Part shown: piece after piece, positions 1-11,473 of the stretch
Layout: each line of letters begins with the position of its first letter
How positions within the stretch are numbered: position 1 is the stretch's first letter
DNA from: Blastocatellia bacterium
Lineage (GTDB): Bacteria; Acidobacteriota; Blastocatellia; RBC074
Assembly (NCBI GenBank): GCA_038211695.1
Contig: JBBQVH010000010.1
Coordinates: forward strand, 2,825 to 66,824
DNA: 64,000 bases
Reading direction: 5' to 3'
Position numbers and translations under genes: made by a program
Notes under the pieces: generated by a model
What the model saw: only the letters and a program-made list of their open reading frames with translations
Database searches by the model: none
What the model was told of the DNA's origin: nothing

Positions 1-20
1 AGTACGGAACCGATCTGGTC

Positions 21-2312
21 TTGAGAAACCTGGCCAACGGCAGCGAACGCACATTTGCCGACGCGCTGGATTACAGCTTCAGCAAGGATGCCAAGTCGCT
101 GGTCTTCACCGTTTCATCCAAAAAAGAAGAGACGAATGGAGTGTACGTCGCTGCTCCTGCGCCAACTCTTAATGACGCCGCGCCTGCTGAACTGCTCAGC
201 GGCAAAGGCAAATATTCGAAGCTGACCTGGGACGAAGAACAAACACAGATGGCGTTTGCCAGCGACCGTGACGACGCGGCAGCCAAACAGCCGAAATCGA
301 AGCTTTATTACTGGAAGCGCGGCGATGCGAAAGCCGCTGAGATTATCTCTACCGCTACGCCTGGCTTCCGCTCCGGGCTGGCCATCAGCGAACGCGGCGC
401 GATTAACTTTTCGCAGGATGGCAGCCGGTTATTTTTCGGCATTGCGCCACCACCCGAACCGGAAAAAGACCCCGCCGATGCAATCGCAGAAGAAGACAAA
501 GTCAGCGTTGATCTGTGGCATTGGAAAGACGATTACATTCAGCCGATGCAGAAAGTCCGCGCCGAACAGGATCGCAACCGTTCGTACCGCGTCGTCTACA
601 ACCTGAAAAATCAGAAGCTGACGCAGTTGGCTGACGAAACAATGCAGAACGTCAACCTGTCGGCATCGGGGCAATGGGCTGTGGGCACGGACGACCGCGC
701 GTATCGTACCTTGGTCGGCGTGGACACGAACTATTCGGACATCTACCTGGTCAACACAGATGACGCCGCCCGTAAACTGCTGCTGAAAAAATTTCAGTTC
801 GGCCTGACATTTTCGCCTTCGGGCAAATACGCAGTCTTTTTCGATGGCAAGGACTGGGGCAGCGTATCCATCCCCGATGGCAAGTTCACCAACCTAACCA
901 AAGACCTGCCCGTCAAATTCTGGCGCGAAGAAACTGACACTCCTGAAATGCCCCGCGCGTATGGCAATGGCGGCTGGGTCAAAAATGACAAGTCCGTTTT
1001 GCTTTATGACAAATACGACATCTGGCAAATCTCGCCCGACGGCTCTTCTGCAAAGAACCTGACCGACGGCGTTGGCCGCAAAGAGAAGACCACATTCCGT
1101 ACCGTCCGGGTGGATCAAGATCGCGGCACAGAGTCCAGTGAGCGCGGCATTGATCCATCAAAACCACTGCTGCTGGCTGCCGAAAACGAATGGACGCGCG
1201 ACAGTGGTTTTTATCGGGATCGAATTGATGGCAGCGCCGCGCCGGAAAAACTGATGATGGCCGCGAAAAGTTTCGGCGCGCCAACCAAAGCCAAAGACGC
1301 TGAGGTGTATCTGCTGACGGCATCGCGCTTCGATGAATTCCCTGATCTGGTGGTGACCGACGGCAGCTTTAAGAATCTGAAGAAAGTCAGTGAAGTCGGC
1401 AAACAGAAAGATCAGTTCACGTGGGGAACGTCGGAACTGGTCCGCTACAAAAACACGGACGGCGTGGCATTGAGCGGGATGCTGATCAAGCCGGAAAACT
1501 TCGACCCGAAGCAGAAGTATCCGATGATTGTTTACATTTACGAGACGCTGTCAGAGGGTGTGAATCGCTTTGTTGATCCACGCCCCGGCCATTCCATCAA
1601 TGCTTCGTTTTACGCTAGCAACGGCTACCTGGTCTTGATGCCGGACATCGTCTACAACATTGGCTATCCGGGTCAGAGCGCGCTCAAGTGCGTGTTGCCC
1701 GCCGTGCAGGCCGTCGTGGATCAAGGCTTCGTCAACGAAAATGCCATCGGCATTCAGGGCCATAGTTGGGGCGGGTATCAAATCGCGTATATGGTCACGC
1801 AGACCAATCGTTTCAAAGCCGCCGCCCCCGGCGCATTGGTGGCGAATATGACCAGCGCCTACAGCGGCATTCGCTGGGGCACTGGCCTCGCGCGCCAGTT
1901 CCAGTACGAACATACGCAAAGCCGCATCGGCGGCAGCCTGTGGGAATACCCGATGCGTTATCTGGAAAACTCGCCCGTCTTCCGCGCAGATCGCGTCCGG
2001 ACGCCGATCCTGATGCTGCACAACGATGCCGACGACGCCGTGCCCTGGTATCAAGGCATTGAGTATTACCTGGCGCTGCGGCGATTGGGCAAAGAGGCAT
2101 ACTTCTTCAGCTACAATGGTGAACCGCACGGCCTGCGCCGCCGCCCGAACCAGAAAGATTACACGCGGCGTTTGCAGGAATTCTTCGACCATTTTCTGAA
2201 AGGCGCGCCCGCGCCGGAATGGATGGAAAAGGGAATTCCCTATCTACAACGGGAAAAAGAGAAGGAAAAGTACAAGTCGCTGTCGGATGTGAGCGAGAAA
2301 AAAGAGAAGTAA
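21..2312 (+). CDS. S9 family serine peptidase (prolyl oligopeptidase/DPP-type) with an N-terminal TolB-like beta-propeller. The ORF is open to the window edge, so the 5' end may be partial.
   Basis: C-terminal alpha/beta-hydrolase triad motifs: GHSWGGY (nucleophile Ser), HNDADDAVP (Asp) and EPHGL (His). The N-terminal half is repeat-rich with WD-like strands. Confidence 0.8.
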   Translation: MRNLANGSERTFADALDYSFSKDAKSLVFTVSSKKEETNGVYVAAPAPTLNDAAPAELLSGKGKYSKLTWDEEQTQMAFASDRDDAAAKQPKSKLYYWKRGDAKAAEIISTATPGFRSGLAISERGAINFSQDGSRLFFGIAPPPEPEKDPADAIAEEDKVSVDLWHWKDDYIQPMQKVRAEQDRNRSYRVVYNLKNQKLTQLADETMQNVNLSASGQWAVGTDDRAYRTLVGVDTNYSDIYLVNTDDAARKLLLKKFQFGLTFSPSGKYAVFFDGKDWGSVSIPDGKFTNLTKDLPVKFWREETDTPEMPRAYGNGGWVKNDKSVLLYDKYDIWQISPDGSSAKNLTDGVGRKEKTTFRTVRVDQDRGTESSERGIDPSKPLLLAAENEWTRDSGFYRDRIDGSAAPEKLMMAAKSFGAPTKAKDAEVYLLTASRFDEFPDLVVTDGSFKNLKKVSEVGKQKDQFTWGTSELVRYKNTDGVALSGMLIKPENFDPKQKYPMIVYIYETLSEGVNRFVDPRPGHSINASFYASNGYLVLMPDIVYNIGYPGQSALKCVLPAVQAVVDQGFVNENAIGIQGHSWGGYQIAYMVTQTNRFKAAAPGALVANMTSAYSGIRWGTGLARQFQYEHTQSRIGGSLWEYPMRYLENSPVFRADRVRTPILMLHNDADDAVPWYQGIEYYLALRRLGKEAYFFSYNGEPHGLRRRPNQKDYTRRLQEFFDHFLKGAPAPEWMEKGIPYLQREKEKEKYKSLSDVSEKKEK

Positions 2313-2438
2313 TTGCCGCCGTTGGAGTGGTTGGTTATTGGTTTGGTAACTAGCCACTCCACATACTTTTCGGGGATTTAGCCGGTTGCAATTTCTCCGA
2401 TGGAAGGTTATAAACTCTCCTTCTTTTCAGGCATATCC

Positions 2439-2514
<76 letters not shown>

Positions 2515-2518
2515 GTAA

Positions 2519-2547
2519 AAAAGGGCGTCTTAGACGCCCTTTTTTAT
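2519..2547. terminator. Rho-independent terminator, probably bidirectional (an A-tract on one side and a T-tract on the other)
   Basis: aaaaAAGGGCGTCttaGACGCCCTTtttttat: a 9-bp GC-rich stem with a 3-nt loop, flanked by an A-run and a T-run. It lies between tRNA-Phe and the convergent phosphatase gene. Confidence 0.8.
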
Positions 2548-2566
2548 ATCAACCGATAGAACCGCC

Positions 2567-4297
2567 TCACTTCATCTTCAGCACAATCAGTGTAATGTCA
2601 TCGCCCTGGGGCAGTCCGCGCGTGAAGCTGATCACTTCATCCAAAATGCGTTGTTTGATCTGTTCGGCGCTCAGGCTCACGCTGGCCCTGACCAACTCTT
2701 CCAGCCTTTCATCACTAAACATCTCATTGTCAGTATTAACGGCTTCGGTCACGCCGTCGGTATACATCACCACGACATCGCCGGAATTCAATCGCGTCTG
2801 GCGCGGTTTGTATTCGACAAAGTCGAACGCGCCGAGCAGGACGGATTTGGTCGTCAGCATCTCGGTTTCGCCCGTGGCGCGGACAAGGATGGGCAGGTTA
2901 TGGCCTGCGTTGATGTAAGTGAAATGGCCGTCGCGGTCGAGCACGCCACAAAACAAAGTGATGAATCGGTTCGAGGCCGAACGCAGCACCAACATTTTGT
3001 TCAAGCTGCTGATGACTTCGGTCAGCGGTTGATTGCTGGCGAACTGGACTTGCAGTGCGCCTTGCGCCATCGCGGCCAGCAGCGCGGCGGCAACGCCTTT
3101 GCCGGAAACATCGCCCAACGCGAAGACGAAACGGCCGTCTTTAATGGGAATCAGGTCGTAAAAATCGCCGCCGACGTAGCGCGAAGGAATGTTGTGCGCG
3201 GCGACGTCGAAGTGATCCATTGATTTAATGGCTGCCGGCGAAAGCGTGACTTGCACCTGCCGCGCCATGTTCAATTCCTGCTCTAAACTTTTCTTCTCCT
3301 GCTCTTCGTGCATCAGCCGCACGCTTTCCAGAGATTTCGTCGCCTCAAACGCCAGCGATTCCAGCAGCTTTAAGCTGGTCTGCGTCAGCCCTCCCCCAGC
3401 CACGTTGCTGTCCACATACAGCACGCCGATCACGTCGCGTTTCAGAATGGACGTGGCATCCATGTTTTCAGTCATCTGAAAACTGCGTAGCGGGATGCAG
3501 GCGATGGCGCGCAGGTCTAAATTACGCACGCTGTCTCGTGGCAATCCCGCCATCGTGATATGGCTGTCGTTGATGATGACGCTGCGGTTTTGTTTGAAGG
3601 TTTCTTCAACGACCGAACGGCTCATTTCGAATTGATTTCCCTGAATCCAGTTCCGTCCCCTGTCGCGCGCGACTTTGAATTCCAGATTGCCGTCCACGTT
3701 GCGCAGCATCAGAAAGCCGCGTTCGGCCTGCGTGATTTCAATCGCCGCGTCCACAATCAGACAGAGCACGTCGTCCGGCGTCATCGAAAACTTGAAGGCC
3801 TGATTGACTTCGACAAAGCGGGAAAGTTTTTGCAGCTCTTCGTTGGCAGAGGTGACCAACGCAAAGCGATCTTTTGATGGCGGCGAAAGCGTCAGGTTGG
3901 GCGTGCTGTTGAAGATGGCCGAAGCGCTTTCGACCGTATCGTCCAGAAAAATGATCTGCTGATCGTCATCACCGCCAATGCGCAAACGATCCTGATGCTG
4001 CAACGCGCAGCGTTCAATGCGCTGATCGTTGACGAAGGTGCCACGCTTGCTGCCGACATCAATCAAAACGTAGCTCTCGTCTTCGTAAATGATCTCGGCG
4101 TGCTGGCGCGAAACGGTGTCTGACAGCAGTTGCAGATCGTTTTCCGCTTTGCGCCCAATGGTGAAGACGGATTTGCCCAGCGGCAGAAACCGCGTCACCC
4201 CGAACCGATTCACCATTTTCAGTTGCGCTGGCTTTTGCATGGAATGCAGAGAGCTTTGACAAAGAGCATGGAGTTCAGGCTTTAGCCTGCATTGCAA
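2567..4297 (-). CDS. FHA-GAF-PP2C (SpoIIE/RsbU-like) serine/threonine phosphatase
   Basis: N-terminal FHA signature (TIGR...[13 protein letters not shown]...[14 protein letters not shown]); central GAF-like region; C-terminal PP2C/SpoIIE motifs ([33 protein letters not shown]). Confidence 0.8.
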   Translation of the reverse strand: MQCRLKPELHALCQSSLHSMQKPAQLKMVNRFGVTRFLPLGKSVFTIGRKAENDLQLLSDTVSRQHAEIIYEDESYVLIDVGSKRGTFVNDQRIERCALQHQDRLRIGGDDDQQIIFLDDTVESASAIFNSTPNLTLSPPSKDRFALVTSANEELQKLSRFVEVNQAFKFSMTPDDVLCLIVDAAIEITQAERGFLMLRNVDGNLEFKVARDRGRNWIQGNQFEMSRSVVEETFKQNRSVIINDSHITMAGLPRDSVRNLDLRAIACIPLRSFQMTENMDATSILKRDVIGVLYVDSNVAGGGLTQTSLKLLESLAFEATKSLESVRLMHEEQEKKSLEQELNMARQVQVTLSPAAIKSMDHFDVAAHNIPSRYVGGDFYDLIPIKDGRFVFALGDVSGKGVAAALLAAMAQGALQVQFASNQPLTEVISSLNKMLVLRSASNRFITLFCGVLDRDGHFTYINAGHNLPILVRATGETEMLTTKSVLLGAFDFVEYKPRQTRLNSGDVVVMYTDGVTEAVNTDNEMFSDERLEELVRASVSLSAEQIKQRILDEVISFTRGLPQGDDITLIVLKMK

Positions 4298-4345
4298 CTC
4301 AGGCGAGCCAGCAGGCTAAAGCCCGAACTCCATGCTGCGGAGCTA

Positions 4346-4681
4346 TTAGAAAGAAGAGATGGCAGCCTTTTCGTCCTCGTAGGTTTCGAGCACGGAAAGC
4401 AACCCGGTGATCGAGAGCAGTTGCCGCGCCATTCGTGAAGGACGCAGAACTTTCAGTTTGCCGCCGGCCTCTTTGACACTGGTGAATGATTTGATCATCG
4501 CGCCGATGCCTGAACTGTCAATTGTCGGCACATCGGCCAGATTAAGCAGCAGGTGCTTGCGGTCGTCGGCAATCATTTGTTTGATCGTCTCGCGCAGGCT
4601 TTCTTCACTTTTGCCGATAATCAAATTGCCGCTCAGATCAATAATCGTAACGTTGCTGCTGGTTCTAACGTGAATCTCCAT
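4346..4681 (-). CDS. STAS-domain anti-sigma-factor antagonist (SpoIIAA/RsbV-like)
   Basis: 111 aa. Typical STAS pattern: IDLSGNL..., DSSGIGAMI, and a GGKLKVL block with the conserved phosphorylatable Ser region (DSSGIG). Confidence 0.85.
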   Translation of the reverse strand: MEIHVRTSSNVTIIDLSGNLIIGKSEESLRETIKQMIADDRKHLLLNLADVPTIDSSGIGAMIKSFTSVKEAGGKLKVLRPSRMARQLLSITGLLSVLETYEDEKAAISSF

Positions 4682-4797
4682 CTTGAATCCTTTTTTATCT
4701 TTTTATCTTTTTATCTGGGGCTTCTGTCTTGTGATTTCAAACTTACTGTTCGTGGGGGCGGCAAGTTTCTAATGTGCCGCGCGATTATAGCGCAAAG

Positions 4798-5673
4798 TCA
4801 GCGCGGCAAGGTGAAGGAGAATCGGCTGCCTCTGTCGGCTTCGCTTTCGGCTGCCGCTTCGCCGCCGTGCAGTTCAACAATGTGTTTGACAATTGCCAAC
4901 CCCAAGCCAGTTCCTTTCGCACCTGATTCGGTGCTTGATTGCACTTGAAAGAATTTATCGAAGACGCGCGGCAATGATTCGGCGGAGATGCCCCGCCCAG
5001 TGTCTTCGACAGTGAAGCGAACGTTGTCAGGTTCTGCGCTGGCAAAGATTGTCACTTGCCCATTGGCGGGAGTGAATTTGATCGCGTTGGAAACGAGGTT
5101 GGTCAGAACTTGTTCAATGCGTTGGCCATCGCAATTGACTTCGGGCAGTCCGTGGCCCACTTGATTTCGCAGCGTTACGCCAGCCTGGGCGGCGACCGTT
5201 GCCATTTGTTCGACGGTGGCGGCGGCCAGTGAATGCGGATCAAGCATTTCGCGCCGAAGCTTCATCATTCCCGCTTCCATCTTAGACAGATCAAGCAAGT
5301 CATTGACCAGTTGGCGCAGGCGATGTGCTTGCAGCGCGATCTGGCGAATCATTTCGGATTGTCCGGCGGTCAGTTCACCATAAATACCGGCCTCCAGCAT
5401 TTCGGTCGTCCCGCTGATGACCGTCAGCGGCGTGCGCAATTCGTGTGTGACCATCGAAAGGAAGGCGTCCTTCATCCGATCCAGTTCTTGAAGCTGGGTA
5501 TTGGCGGCGGCAAGCGCGTCATTCATTGCCAGGATTTCCCGTTGCGAATCATCCACGGTGCGCAGGAAATTTTCTTCGACCTCGGCCAGCCGCCGCCGCA
5601 ACAAATCGCGTTCGCCGCGCAACCGCTGATTCTCTTCGCGCAACGCCTCGCTCATAGCTTTGAGAACAATCAC
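4798..5673 (-). CDS. Cytoplasmic sensor histidine kinase (N-terminal coiled coil, HisKA and HATPase_c)
   Basis: H-box [11 protein letters not shown]; N/G boxes [17 protein letters not shown] and GTGLGLAIV; no transmembrane segments. Confidence 0.8.
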   Translation of the reverse strand: MIVLKAMSEALREENQRLRGERDLLRRRLAEVEENFLRTVDDSQREILAMNDALAAANTQLQELDRMKDAFLSMVTHELRTPLTVISGTTEMLEAGIYGELTAGQSEMIRQIALQAHRLRQLVNDLLDLSKMEAGMMKLRREMLDPHSLAAATVEQMATVAAQAGVTLRNQVGHGLPEVNCDGQRIEQVLTNLVSNAIKFTPANGQVTIFASAEPDNVRFTVEDTGRGISAESLPRVFDKFFQVQSSTESGAKGTGLGLAIVKHIVELHGGEAAAESEADRGSRFSFTLPR

Positions 5674-5762
5674 TGGTACTGTACAGGGAGCGGTAGCGAC
5701 CTGGTTTATCCGTAAAACGCGACTTACAAAACAACCAGGTCGCTACCGCTCCCTGTACCGCA

Positions 5763-6692
5763 TCAAGCAACGATGATGAAGGTATTCCTGCCGCCGACCA
5801 CGTCCGAAAAATCCTTGTTGTAACTGACGTCCACGCGGCGGAACTGTTTGATCACGTCGCCCATTTCGGCGGCAGTGATGAAACCGTCTTCGGTGTGGGC
5901 AATGGCCCATTGCTGAATGTGTTTGGCGCGCGCCAGGAAGTTGCTGACCATTTGCAGGTAATGTTCTTTTGAAACGACATCGTCGCCCAGCCTGCCGCGT
6001 TGCGCGGCGATCAACTGATCCCACGCTTCGCCTGTGCCGCGCACCCAGGTTTCGCGCCAACCGGCAACGCTCTGCCGCAATCCGGCCAACCCTTCGGGGC
6101 CTGGGAAGCGCACAAACATCAATTCCGCGCGCGCGCCACGAATGAAATCGTGCGCATCGCGATTGACGCTGTAATTCTCCTTGCCGTTATCCACCACCTG
6201 ACGCTGGTTGCGCCACAAGGCCAGAAAGGCTTCTGACAGGGGCCGCCGCAATTCCATGGTTTCGGGCGTAAAGGAGAAAGCGTAATCGCCCACGCCCAGC
6301 GCCAGCATAATCGCCAGCGCGCGGCGATGTTCGTTTTCGATCTGCTGGACATTCAGCCACAGATTGTCGAACCAAACGGCATCCATCTCGCTCATCATTG
6401 CCCCAAGCGCGGGATTATGCAGCCGCCGGTGCGGGACGTAGGCTTCGCCCAATGCCAGCGAGACATCTTCTTCGGTCAGCGCTTCGCCTGCGTTTTCGAC
6501 CAGCGCGCGCGACATCCACCACGCCCACTGGCACAGGTCATTGTCCAGTACCTGTTTGCCCCAGAATTTAAGGTACCAGCCCAGGTCGGGTTGGCCTGCA
6601 AATGGAATGGCAATTGAATTGAATTTCAGACGGCGCAGCACGCTCAGTTCAAAGCCCAGCCACCGCCGATTCGTTGTTGAATTAGTGAGCAT
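5763..6692 (-). CDS. Hypothetical protein (309 aa), no recognisable domain
   Basis: Long ORF with coding-like composition, between the kinase and the HD-GYP gene; no motif I can place. Confidence 0.4.
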   Translation of the reverse strand: MLTNSTTNRRWLGFELSVLRRLKFNSIAIPFAGQPDLGWYLKFWGKQVLDNDLCQWAWWMSRALVENAGEALTEEDVSLALGEAYVPHRRLHNPALGAMMSEMDAVWFDNLWLNVQQIENEHRRALAIMLALGVGDYAFSFTPETMELRRPLSEAFLALWRNQRQVVDNGKENYSVNRDAHDFIRGARAELMFVRFPGPEGLAGLRQSVAGWRETWVRGTGEAWDQLIAAQRGRLGDDVVSKEHYLQMVSNFLARAKHIQQWAIAHTEDGFITAAEMGDVIKQFRRVDVSYNKDFSDVVGGRNTFIIVA

Positions 6693-6715
6693 AATGTTGG
6701 AGAAGTGAATCCTGG

Positions 6716-7831
6716 TTAGCTTGGAATTTTCGGCGCTGGTTCCTGTTGTTCATCGCGCGCTGAATCGTGATGGACGATTGCAGCACTGTGGGCGACGTCA
6801 GTCTGAGCAGGCGATTCATCATCAGAAGCTTGATGCATCAGAACATCGCCATAAGGAGCAGCCGCCAGCACTTCATGAGGCAGAGCGACAGGCGTTGGAA
6901 TTGCCTCCAATTCTTTTGCCACTGGCGGCACTGATGACGCCAGTGGCAAATCTTCCGGAACCTGAGCGATGTGCTCTTCAATTGGCGCTTTGGTTGGTTC
7001 CAGCGATTGATGTTCCGGGTCAACGGCATCGGCGGCATCGGCGGCCGTCTGCAAGTCCTGCCGTTCGACAGCGCCAAAATCAGTCAGCGTATCGGGAGTG
7101 TAGAGTGGCGATGGAATTTCGCCGTCAATCGCTGCCAGCGCGGGCGATTCTTCTACTGCATGAATAGATGGCGGTTCAAATGCGGGGGGAACGCTCCAGA
7201 CTTCAGCCTCGCGTTGTCTTCTTTCCGCGACGACAACGGCCAGCAACAGTTTGGCAATGTGCGGGTCGAGTTCAATGCCGGACAGATCAGCAATGACCTG
7301 TTCCGCCTCCGGCAATTCATACGCTTGCCGGTAAGGGCGCTGCGAAATCAACGCACAGTAACTATCAACCGCCCGCAGAATGCGCGCGCCGACGGGAATG
7401 GACGCGCCCGCCAAACCATCCGGGTATCCCTGCCCGTTCCACCATTCCTGGTGCCAGCGAATCAAAAGCTGCGTTTGCCGTGGCAGTTGAAGTTCCGCCG
7501 CGGACTGTTCGCCCAGAATTGGGTGCCGCCATAAATCCAGAGTCTCTTCCCAACTGAGCGCGTTCGGTTGTAACAAATAATTGCGCTTCAACCCGCGCTC
7601 GCCGATGTCGTGCGCCAAAGCAGCGAATTTCAGCGCGGTTAAATCCTGGCCATGCAGGCCCACCTGTCTGCCGATGGTTTCGGCCAATCGAGCAATCATG
7701 ACGGCGTGCGGTTCGGTGTATCCCTCTATGCGGTCGGTCTCCAGCGCCAGCTTCATCAGACGTTCGCCCAGCGGGCGTTCCGCGTCAGCGAAGATCAGTG
7801 GCGCCGAGGGTGCTTGTTGTGCTTGCATCAA
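6716..7831 (-). CDS. HD-GYP domain phosphodiesterase (c-di-GMP-type) with a long acidic, Pro/Ala-rich C-terminal tail
   Basis: HD motif LAHDIGE, and downstream [15 protein letters not shown] (the GYP signature). The C-terminal 170 aa or so is low-complexity (P/A/E/D-rich). Confidence 0.7.
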   Translation of the reverse strand: MMQAQQAPSAPLIFADAERPLGERLMKLALETDRIEGYTEPHAVMIARLAETIGRQVGLHGQDLTALKFAALAHDIGERGLKRNYLLQPNALSWEETLDLWRHPILGEQSAAELQLPRQTQLLIRWHQEWWNGQGYPDGLAGASIPVGARILRAVDSYCALISQRPYRQAYELPEAEQVIADLSGIELDPHIAKLLLAVVVAERRQREAEVWSVPPAFEPPSIHAVEESPALAAIDGEIPSPLYTPDTLTDFGAVERQDLQTAADAADAVDPEHQSLEPTKAPIEEHIAQVPEDLPLASSVPPVAKELEAIPTPVALPHEVLAAAPYGDVLMHQASDDESPAQTDVAHSAAIVHHDSARDEQQEPAPKIPS

Positions 7832-8099
7832 TCAATCTCCTTTTATTGGCCCCTGGTTGGCTCCTGGTTGGAACCGTGGCCACTGGTGCTCTGCGGCGAA
7901 GCGCGCCCTTTGTAGGCGATAGTGCCGCGAAAAATCAAGCAGCAACGATTTTTCCTCGCGATCAAGCTTCGGCACCGGCGGCATTCGTTGGGCGTTGGGC
8001 GTTGGGGTACAATCACTGCGTCATCTTCACACATCATTTTGTAACCGCGGCACGAACGCTCAGGTGTCCGCGCTGAATTACAAGAAGGAGAACCTTAAA

Positions 8100-8915
8100 G
8101 TGGACATTCCACTTCTGCACATTGACGCCTTTACTTCAGAAGCGTTCAGGGGCAATCCGGCGGCAGTCTGTTTGCTCGAATCGCCAATGCCAGCCGACTG
8201 GATGCAGAACGTTGCGGCGGAAATGAATCTGCCCATGACCGCCTTCGTTGTGCCGCGCCCGATCGCGAATGAAGCCAGCCTGCGTTGGTTTACGCCCACT
8301 GTCGAAATGCCATTGTGCGGGCACGCCACACTGGCCAGCGCGCACGCGCTATGGGAAACGGGCAGGCTGAAAGAAACACAAGAAGCGCGCTTTCATACGG
8401 CCAGCGGCGTATTGATTTGCCGCCGCGCAGGCAGACAAATCGAGATGGACTTCCCTGCATTGATGATTCAAGAATCGGAATTGCCAGATGCCATCGCCGA
8501 AGCCTTCGGCGTTCATCCACGGAAAACCTTCTGCCAGCGACGCAACGATGGCACGAATGGCAACTTCCTTCTCGAACTTGATTCGGAAGAAGCAGTGCGC
8601 AATTTAAAACCAAACTTTGACTTGCTGCGCACAGCCGCCAAAGTTGGCGTTATCGTGACCGCCCGTGGCACGGCATCAACGTTTGATTTCATCTCGCGCT
8701 ACTTCGCTGGTTATGTCGGAATTGACGAAGACTCAGTGACCGGATCGGCGCATTGCATGCTGGCTCCATACTGGGGCGGTGTGCTGGGCAAAACGGAGAT
8801 GACGGCCTATCAGGCATCAGCGCGCGGCGGCGTGCTTGGCATACAACTAAGCGAAGACAGAGTTTTTCTAGGAGGGGAAGCGATCACCGTCTTGCGCGGC
8901 AGTCTGTTGTGCTAG
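8100..8915 (+). CDS. PhzF family phenazine-biosynthesis-like isomerase
   Basis: GTG start 7 nt after AAGGAG. The N-terminus, IPLLHIDAFTSEAFRGNPAAVC, is characteristic of PhzF/YddE-fold proteins. The ORF track extends upstream to 7995, but the RBS supports 8100. Confidence 0.7.
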   Translation: MDIPLLHIDAFTSEAFRGNPAAVCLLESPMPADWMQNVAAEMNLPMTAFVVPRPIANEASLRWFTPTVEMPLCGHATLASAHALWETGRLKETQEARFHTASGVLICRRAGRQIEMDFPALMIQESELPDAIAEAFGVHPRKTFCQRRNDGTNGNFLLELDSEEAVRNLKPNFDLLRTAAKVGVIVTARGTASTFDFISRYFAGYVGIDEDSVTGSAHCMLAPYWGGVLGKTEMTAYQASARGGVLGIQLSEDRVFLGGEAITVLRGSLLC

Positions 8916-8945
8916 CTGCGGCGCATCTGAAGGAAAGCACGCACG

Positions 8946-9467
8946 ATGAGGATCACTCCACAGATTCGCCAGGCCACCATCGCCGACGCTGAGCTGCTCA
9001 CCGACTTGGCGGCGCGCACGTTTCACTACGCGTTCGTGGATATGAACACGCCGCAAAATATGCAGGCCTATATGTCCAGGGCCTTCACCGTGGCGCAACT
9101 GATCGCCGAACTGAGTGACCCAGGCGCTAGATTTTTCATCGCCGAAGTCGAAGGCGCCGCTGCCGGCTACGCCAAAATTCACAAGGATGAAGCGCCTGCC
9201 TGCGTCACAGGCGCAAACCCCATCGAGTTAGTGCGCTTGTACGTGGATCAGAAATTCCAAGGCGCGGGCGTGGCCAATGATTTGATGCAGACCTGTCTGG
9301 ATGAAGCGCGCAGCCTGGGTCACCGGACGATCTATCTGGGCGTTTGGGAACACAACCACCGCGCGCAATTCTTCTATTTCAAATGGAATTTCCGCGTCGT
9401 CGGCAACCACATTTTTCAAATGGGCACGGATGCACAGATTGACTGGCTGATGGAACGCGAACTCTAA
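8946..9467 (+). CDS. GNAT family N-acetyltransferase
   Basis: Acetyl-CoA-binding motif block LYVDQKFQGAGVANDLM and the overall GNAT pattern. Confidence 0.75.
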   Translation: MRITPQIRQATIADAELLTDLAARTFHYAFVDMNTPQNMQAYMSRAFTVAQLIAELSDPGARFFIAEVEGAAAGYAKIHKDEAPACVTGANPIELVRLYVDQKFQGAGVANDLMQTCLDEARSLGHRTIYLGVWEHNHRAQFFYFKWNFRVVGNHIFQMGTDAQIDWLMEREL

Positions 9468-9472
9468 CTGTT

Positions 9473-9901
9473 ATGAAATCATTTTATCTCCCGATCCTGA
9501 TGGCCATCGGCGGCGGCGTGCTCTATCACGTTTCGCAGAAATCTGTCCCCAAAGAAGTAAGTCCGTTCGCCGCCATCATCATTGCCTACGCGGTTGGCAT
9601 CGTGTTGTGCGCTGTGGCGCTAACGCTTGATTCCGGGGGGCGGTCATTCGCGGCCTCGGTCAAGGCAACCAATTGGGCAGTCATCTCGCTGGGCGTTGGC
9701 GCGGCGGTGATCGAAGTTAGTTTTCTGCTGGCGTATCGCGCCGGATGGAATATCAACTCGGCCTCAGTTGTCATGAGCATCTCGGTCGCGCTGCTGCTGG
9801 TCCCAATTGGCCTGCTGGCCTTCAAAGAGCATTTGTCGTCACGCGGCATCGCTGGCATTGGCTGCTGTCTCGTCGGCCTGTACCTGCTCTCGAAAAGATA
9901 A
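9473..9901 (+). CDS. Small DMT/EamA-like membrane protein (4 predicted TM helices)
   Basis: 142 aa, four hydrophobic helices, directly upstream of a full EamA transporter. Confidence 0.5.
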   Translation: MKSFYLPILMAIGGGVLYHVSQKSVPKEVSPFAAIIIAYAVGIVLCAVALTLDSGGRSFAASVKATNWAVISLGVGAAVIEVSFLLAYRAGWNINSASVVMSISVALLLVPIGLLAFKEHLSSRGIAGIGCCLVGLYLLSKR

Positions 9902-9964
9902 CCCGCGCGCGCGGGCGTCCCGCCCGCTGTGTAAAGCGCGAAGCATTCTTTTTCCTCTCACCAA

Positions 9965-10846
9965 ATGAATCAATATCTTGCCGTCTGGTTGCTGCTCTGC
10001 CTGATCTGGGGTTCGACGTGGATTTTCATCAAGCTGGGGCTGGACGATTGGCCGCCCTTTACGTTTGCCGCCCTGCGCTTTCTGTTGGCGGCAACGATCC
10101 TGTGGATGGTTGTTCTGTTCAGACGGACTCCATTGCCCCGCGCGCGTCGCGACTGGCTGATGATGGCGGGAGTGGGATGTATTTCGTTTGCCCTGAATTT
10201 CGGTTTGATCTTCTGGGGGGGAAATCGAATTCCTTCGGGGCTGACGGCGGTCTTGCAATCGGTGATTCCGGCATTTGGGCTGATCATTGCGCACCACTAT
10301 CTGCCGGGTGAGCGCCTCACAGTGGCCAAATTGATCGGCGTGGCAATCGGAATTGCCGGCGTAGCCGTGATTTTTTCCGGCCAGATGCAAGCCGCTGGCA
10401 GCGCGGCTTTGTGGGGTAGCGCGGCCATTGTGGGCAGCGCGCTCTGTGTGGCCTACAGCAACGTAGTGATCAAAGCCTACTGTGGGCACCTGGATACGTT
10501 CCTGATGGTCGCGGCACAAATGACATTTGGATTGATCCCGCTGTTTGCGCTCAGTTGGATGCTGGAAGGCGGGCCGTTCAAATTGCGCTGGACGATGAAT
10601 GCAACCGTCGCGCTGATCTATCTGGCCATCGTCGGTTCGGCCCTCGCGCTTTCGCTTTATTACTGGATGGTCAAAAAGATTGCCGTGACCAAAACCCTGC
10701 TGATTTCGCTGGTCACGCCAGTCGTTGCATTGCTGATTGGATGGCTGGCACGTGGCGAAGTGCTAACCTGGCGATTGGCGCTGGGCAGCGCAGCGATTCT
10801 GTCGGGCATTGGGATAATCGTCGTGCCGAAGCGTTCAGACACTTGA
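9965..10846 (+). CDS. EamA/RhaT family (DMT superfamily) transporter, 10 TM
   Basis: Two EamA-like halves; WGSTWIFIK and related repeats; highly hydrophobic throughout. Confidence 0.75.
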   Translation: MNQYLAVWLLLCLIWGSTWIFIKLGLDDWPPFTFAALRFLLAATILWMVVLFRRTPLPRARRDWLMMAGVGCISFALNFGLIFWGGNRIPSGLTAVLQSVIPAFGLIIAHHYLPGERLTVAKLIGVAIGIAGVAVIFSGQMQAAGSAALWGSAAIVGSALCVAYSNVVIKAYCGHLDTFLMVAAQMTFGLIPLFALSWMLEGGPFKLRWTMNATVALIYLAIVGSALALSLYYWMVKKIAVTKTLLISLVTPVVALLIGWLARGEVLTWRLALGSAAILSGIGIIVVPKRSDT

Positions 10847-10898
10847 TTGCCCGTTTTTCTCAACGGTTGTTATACTGCGCGCCAAACGGAGGTAGCTT

Positions 10899-11393
10899 AT
10901 GCCAAACATTGATGACTTCTTTATGATTGCCGATAACGCGGGCGTGCGGTTGGAGATCATTGACGGTTTGCCGACTTGGGAGATGCTGCCGAATCTGACG
11001 CATCAAAAAACAATTGATCGCGTCCGGCAAAGCTTTAAACATTCGGAATACGTCAACGGCGGATGCGAGTGCCTGCACTACTCCGACCTGCATATCAAGT
11101 TTCCTGATGGTTCGGATAAACGCCCCGACGTTTCCATCTTCTGCCACGAACCGAGCGAGACCGAATCAGCCGTGACTGAAGTCCCGGAGGCCGTTATTGA
11201 AATCGTCAGCAAGGGCTACGAGAAAAAAGACCTCGAACTCGGCCCGCCGTTCTATCTGGGCCAGGGCGTCAAAGACGTGGTTGTCTATGACCCTTACAGT
11301 AAAGTGACTCGCCACTTTACTGTCGCCGGGCAGCGCGAATATGCGGAGTCAGTCACGTTGACATTGCGGTGCGGCTGTCAGGTAACGCTCTAA
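10899..11393 (+). CDS. Uma2 family (DUF820) putative restriction-endonuclease-like protein
   Basis: Core PEAVIEIVSKGYEKKDLELGPPFYLGQGVKDVVVYDP matches the Uma2 pattern (PD-(D/E)xK-like E...K). Confidence 0.65.
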   Translation: MPNIDDFFMIADNAGVRLEIIDGLPTWEMLPNLTHQKTIDRVRQSFKHSEYVNGGCECLHYSDLHIKFPDGSDKRPDVSIFCHEPSETESAVTEVPEAVIEIVSKGYEKKDLELGPPFYLGQGVKDVVVYDPYSKVTRHFTVAGQREYAESVTLTLRCGCQVTL

Positions 11394-11473
11394 ATTCGAA
11401 GAACAATTCGAGAAAAAGAAAACGGCGGTCACGATGGGCCGCCGTTCTGCTTTTTCCGTCAATCGCTTGCGCA

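Noticed and set aside
2313-2438. Promoter for tRNA-Phe
   Set aside because: No clear -35/-10 pair could be asserted by eye with confidence.
9839-10519. 226-aa minus-strand ORF across the EamA transporter
   Set aside because: Arg/His/Gln-rich nonsense, antisense to a hydrophobic 10-TM transporter.
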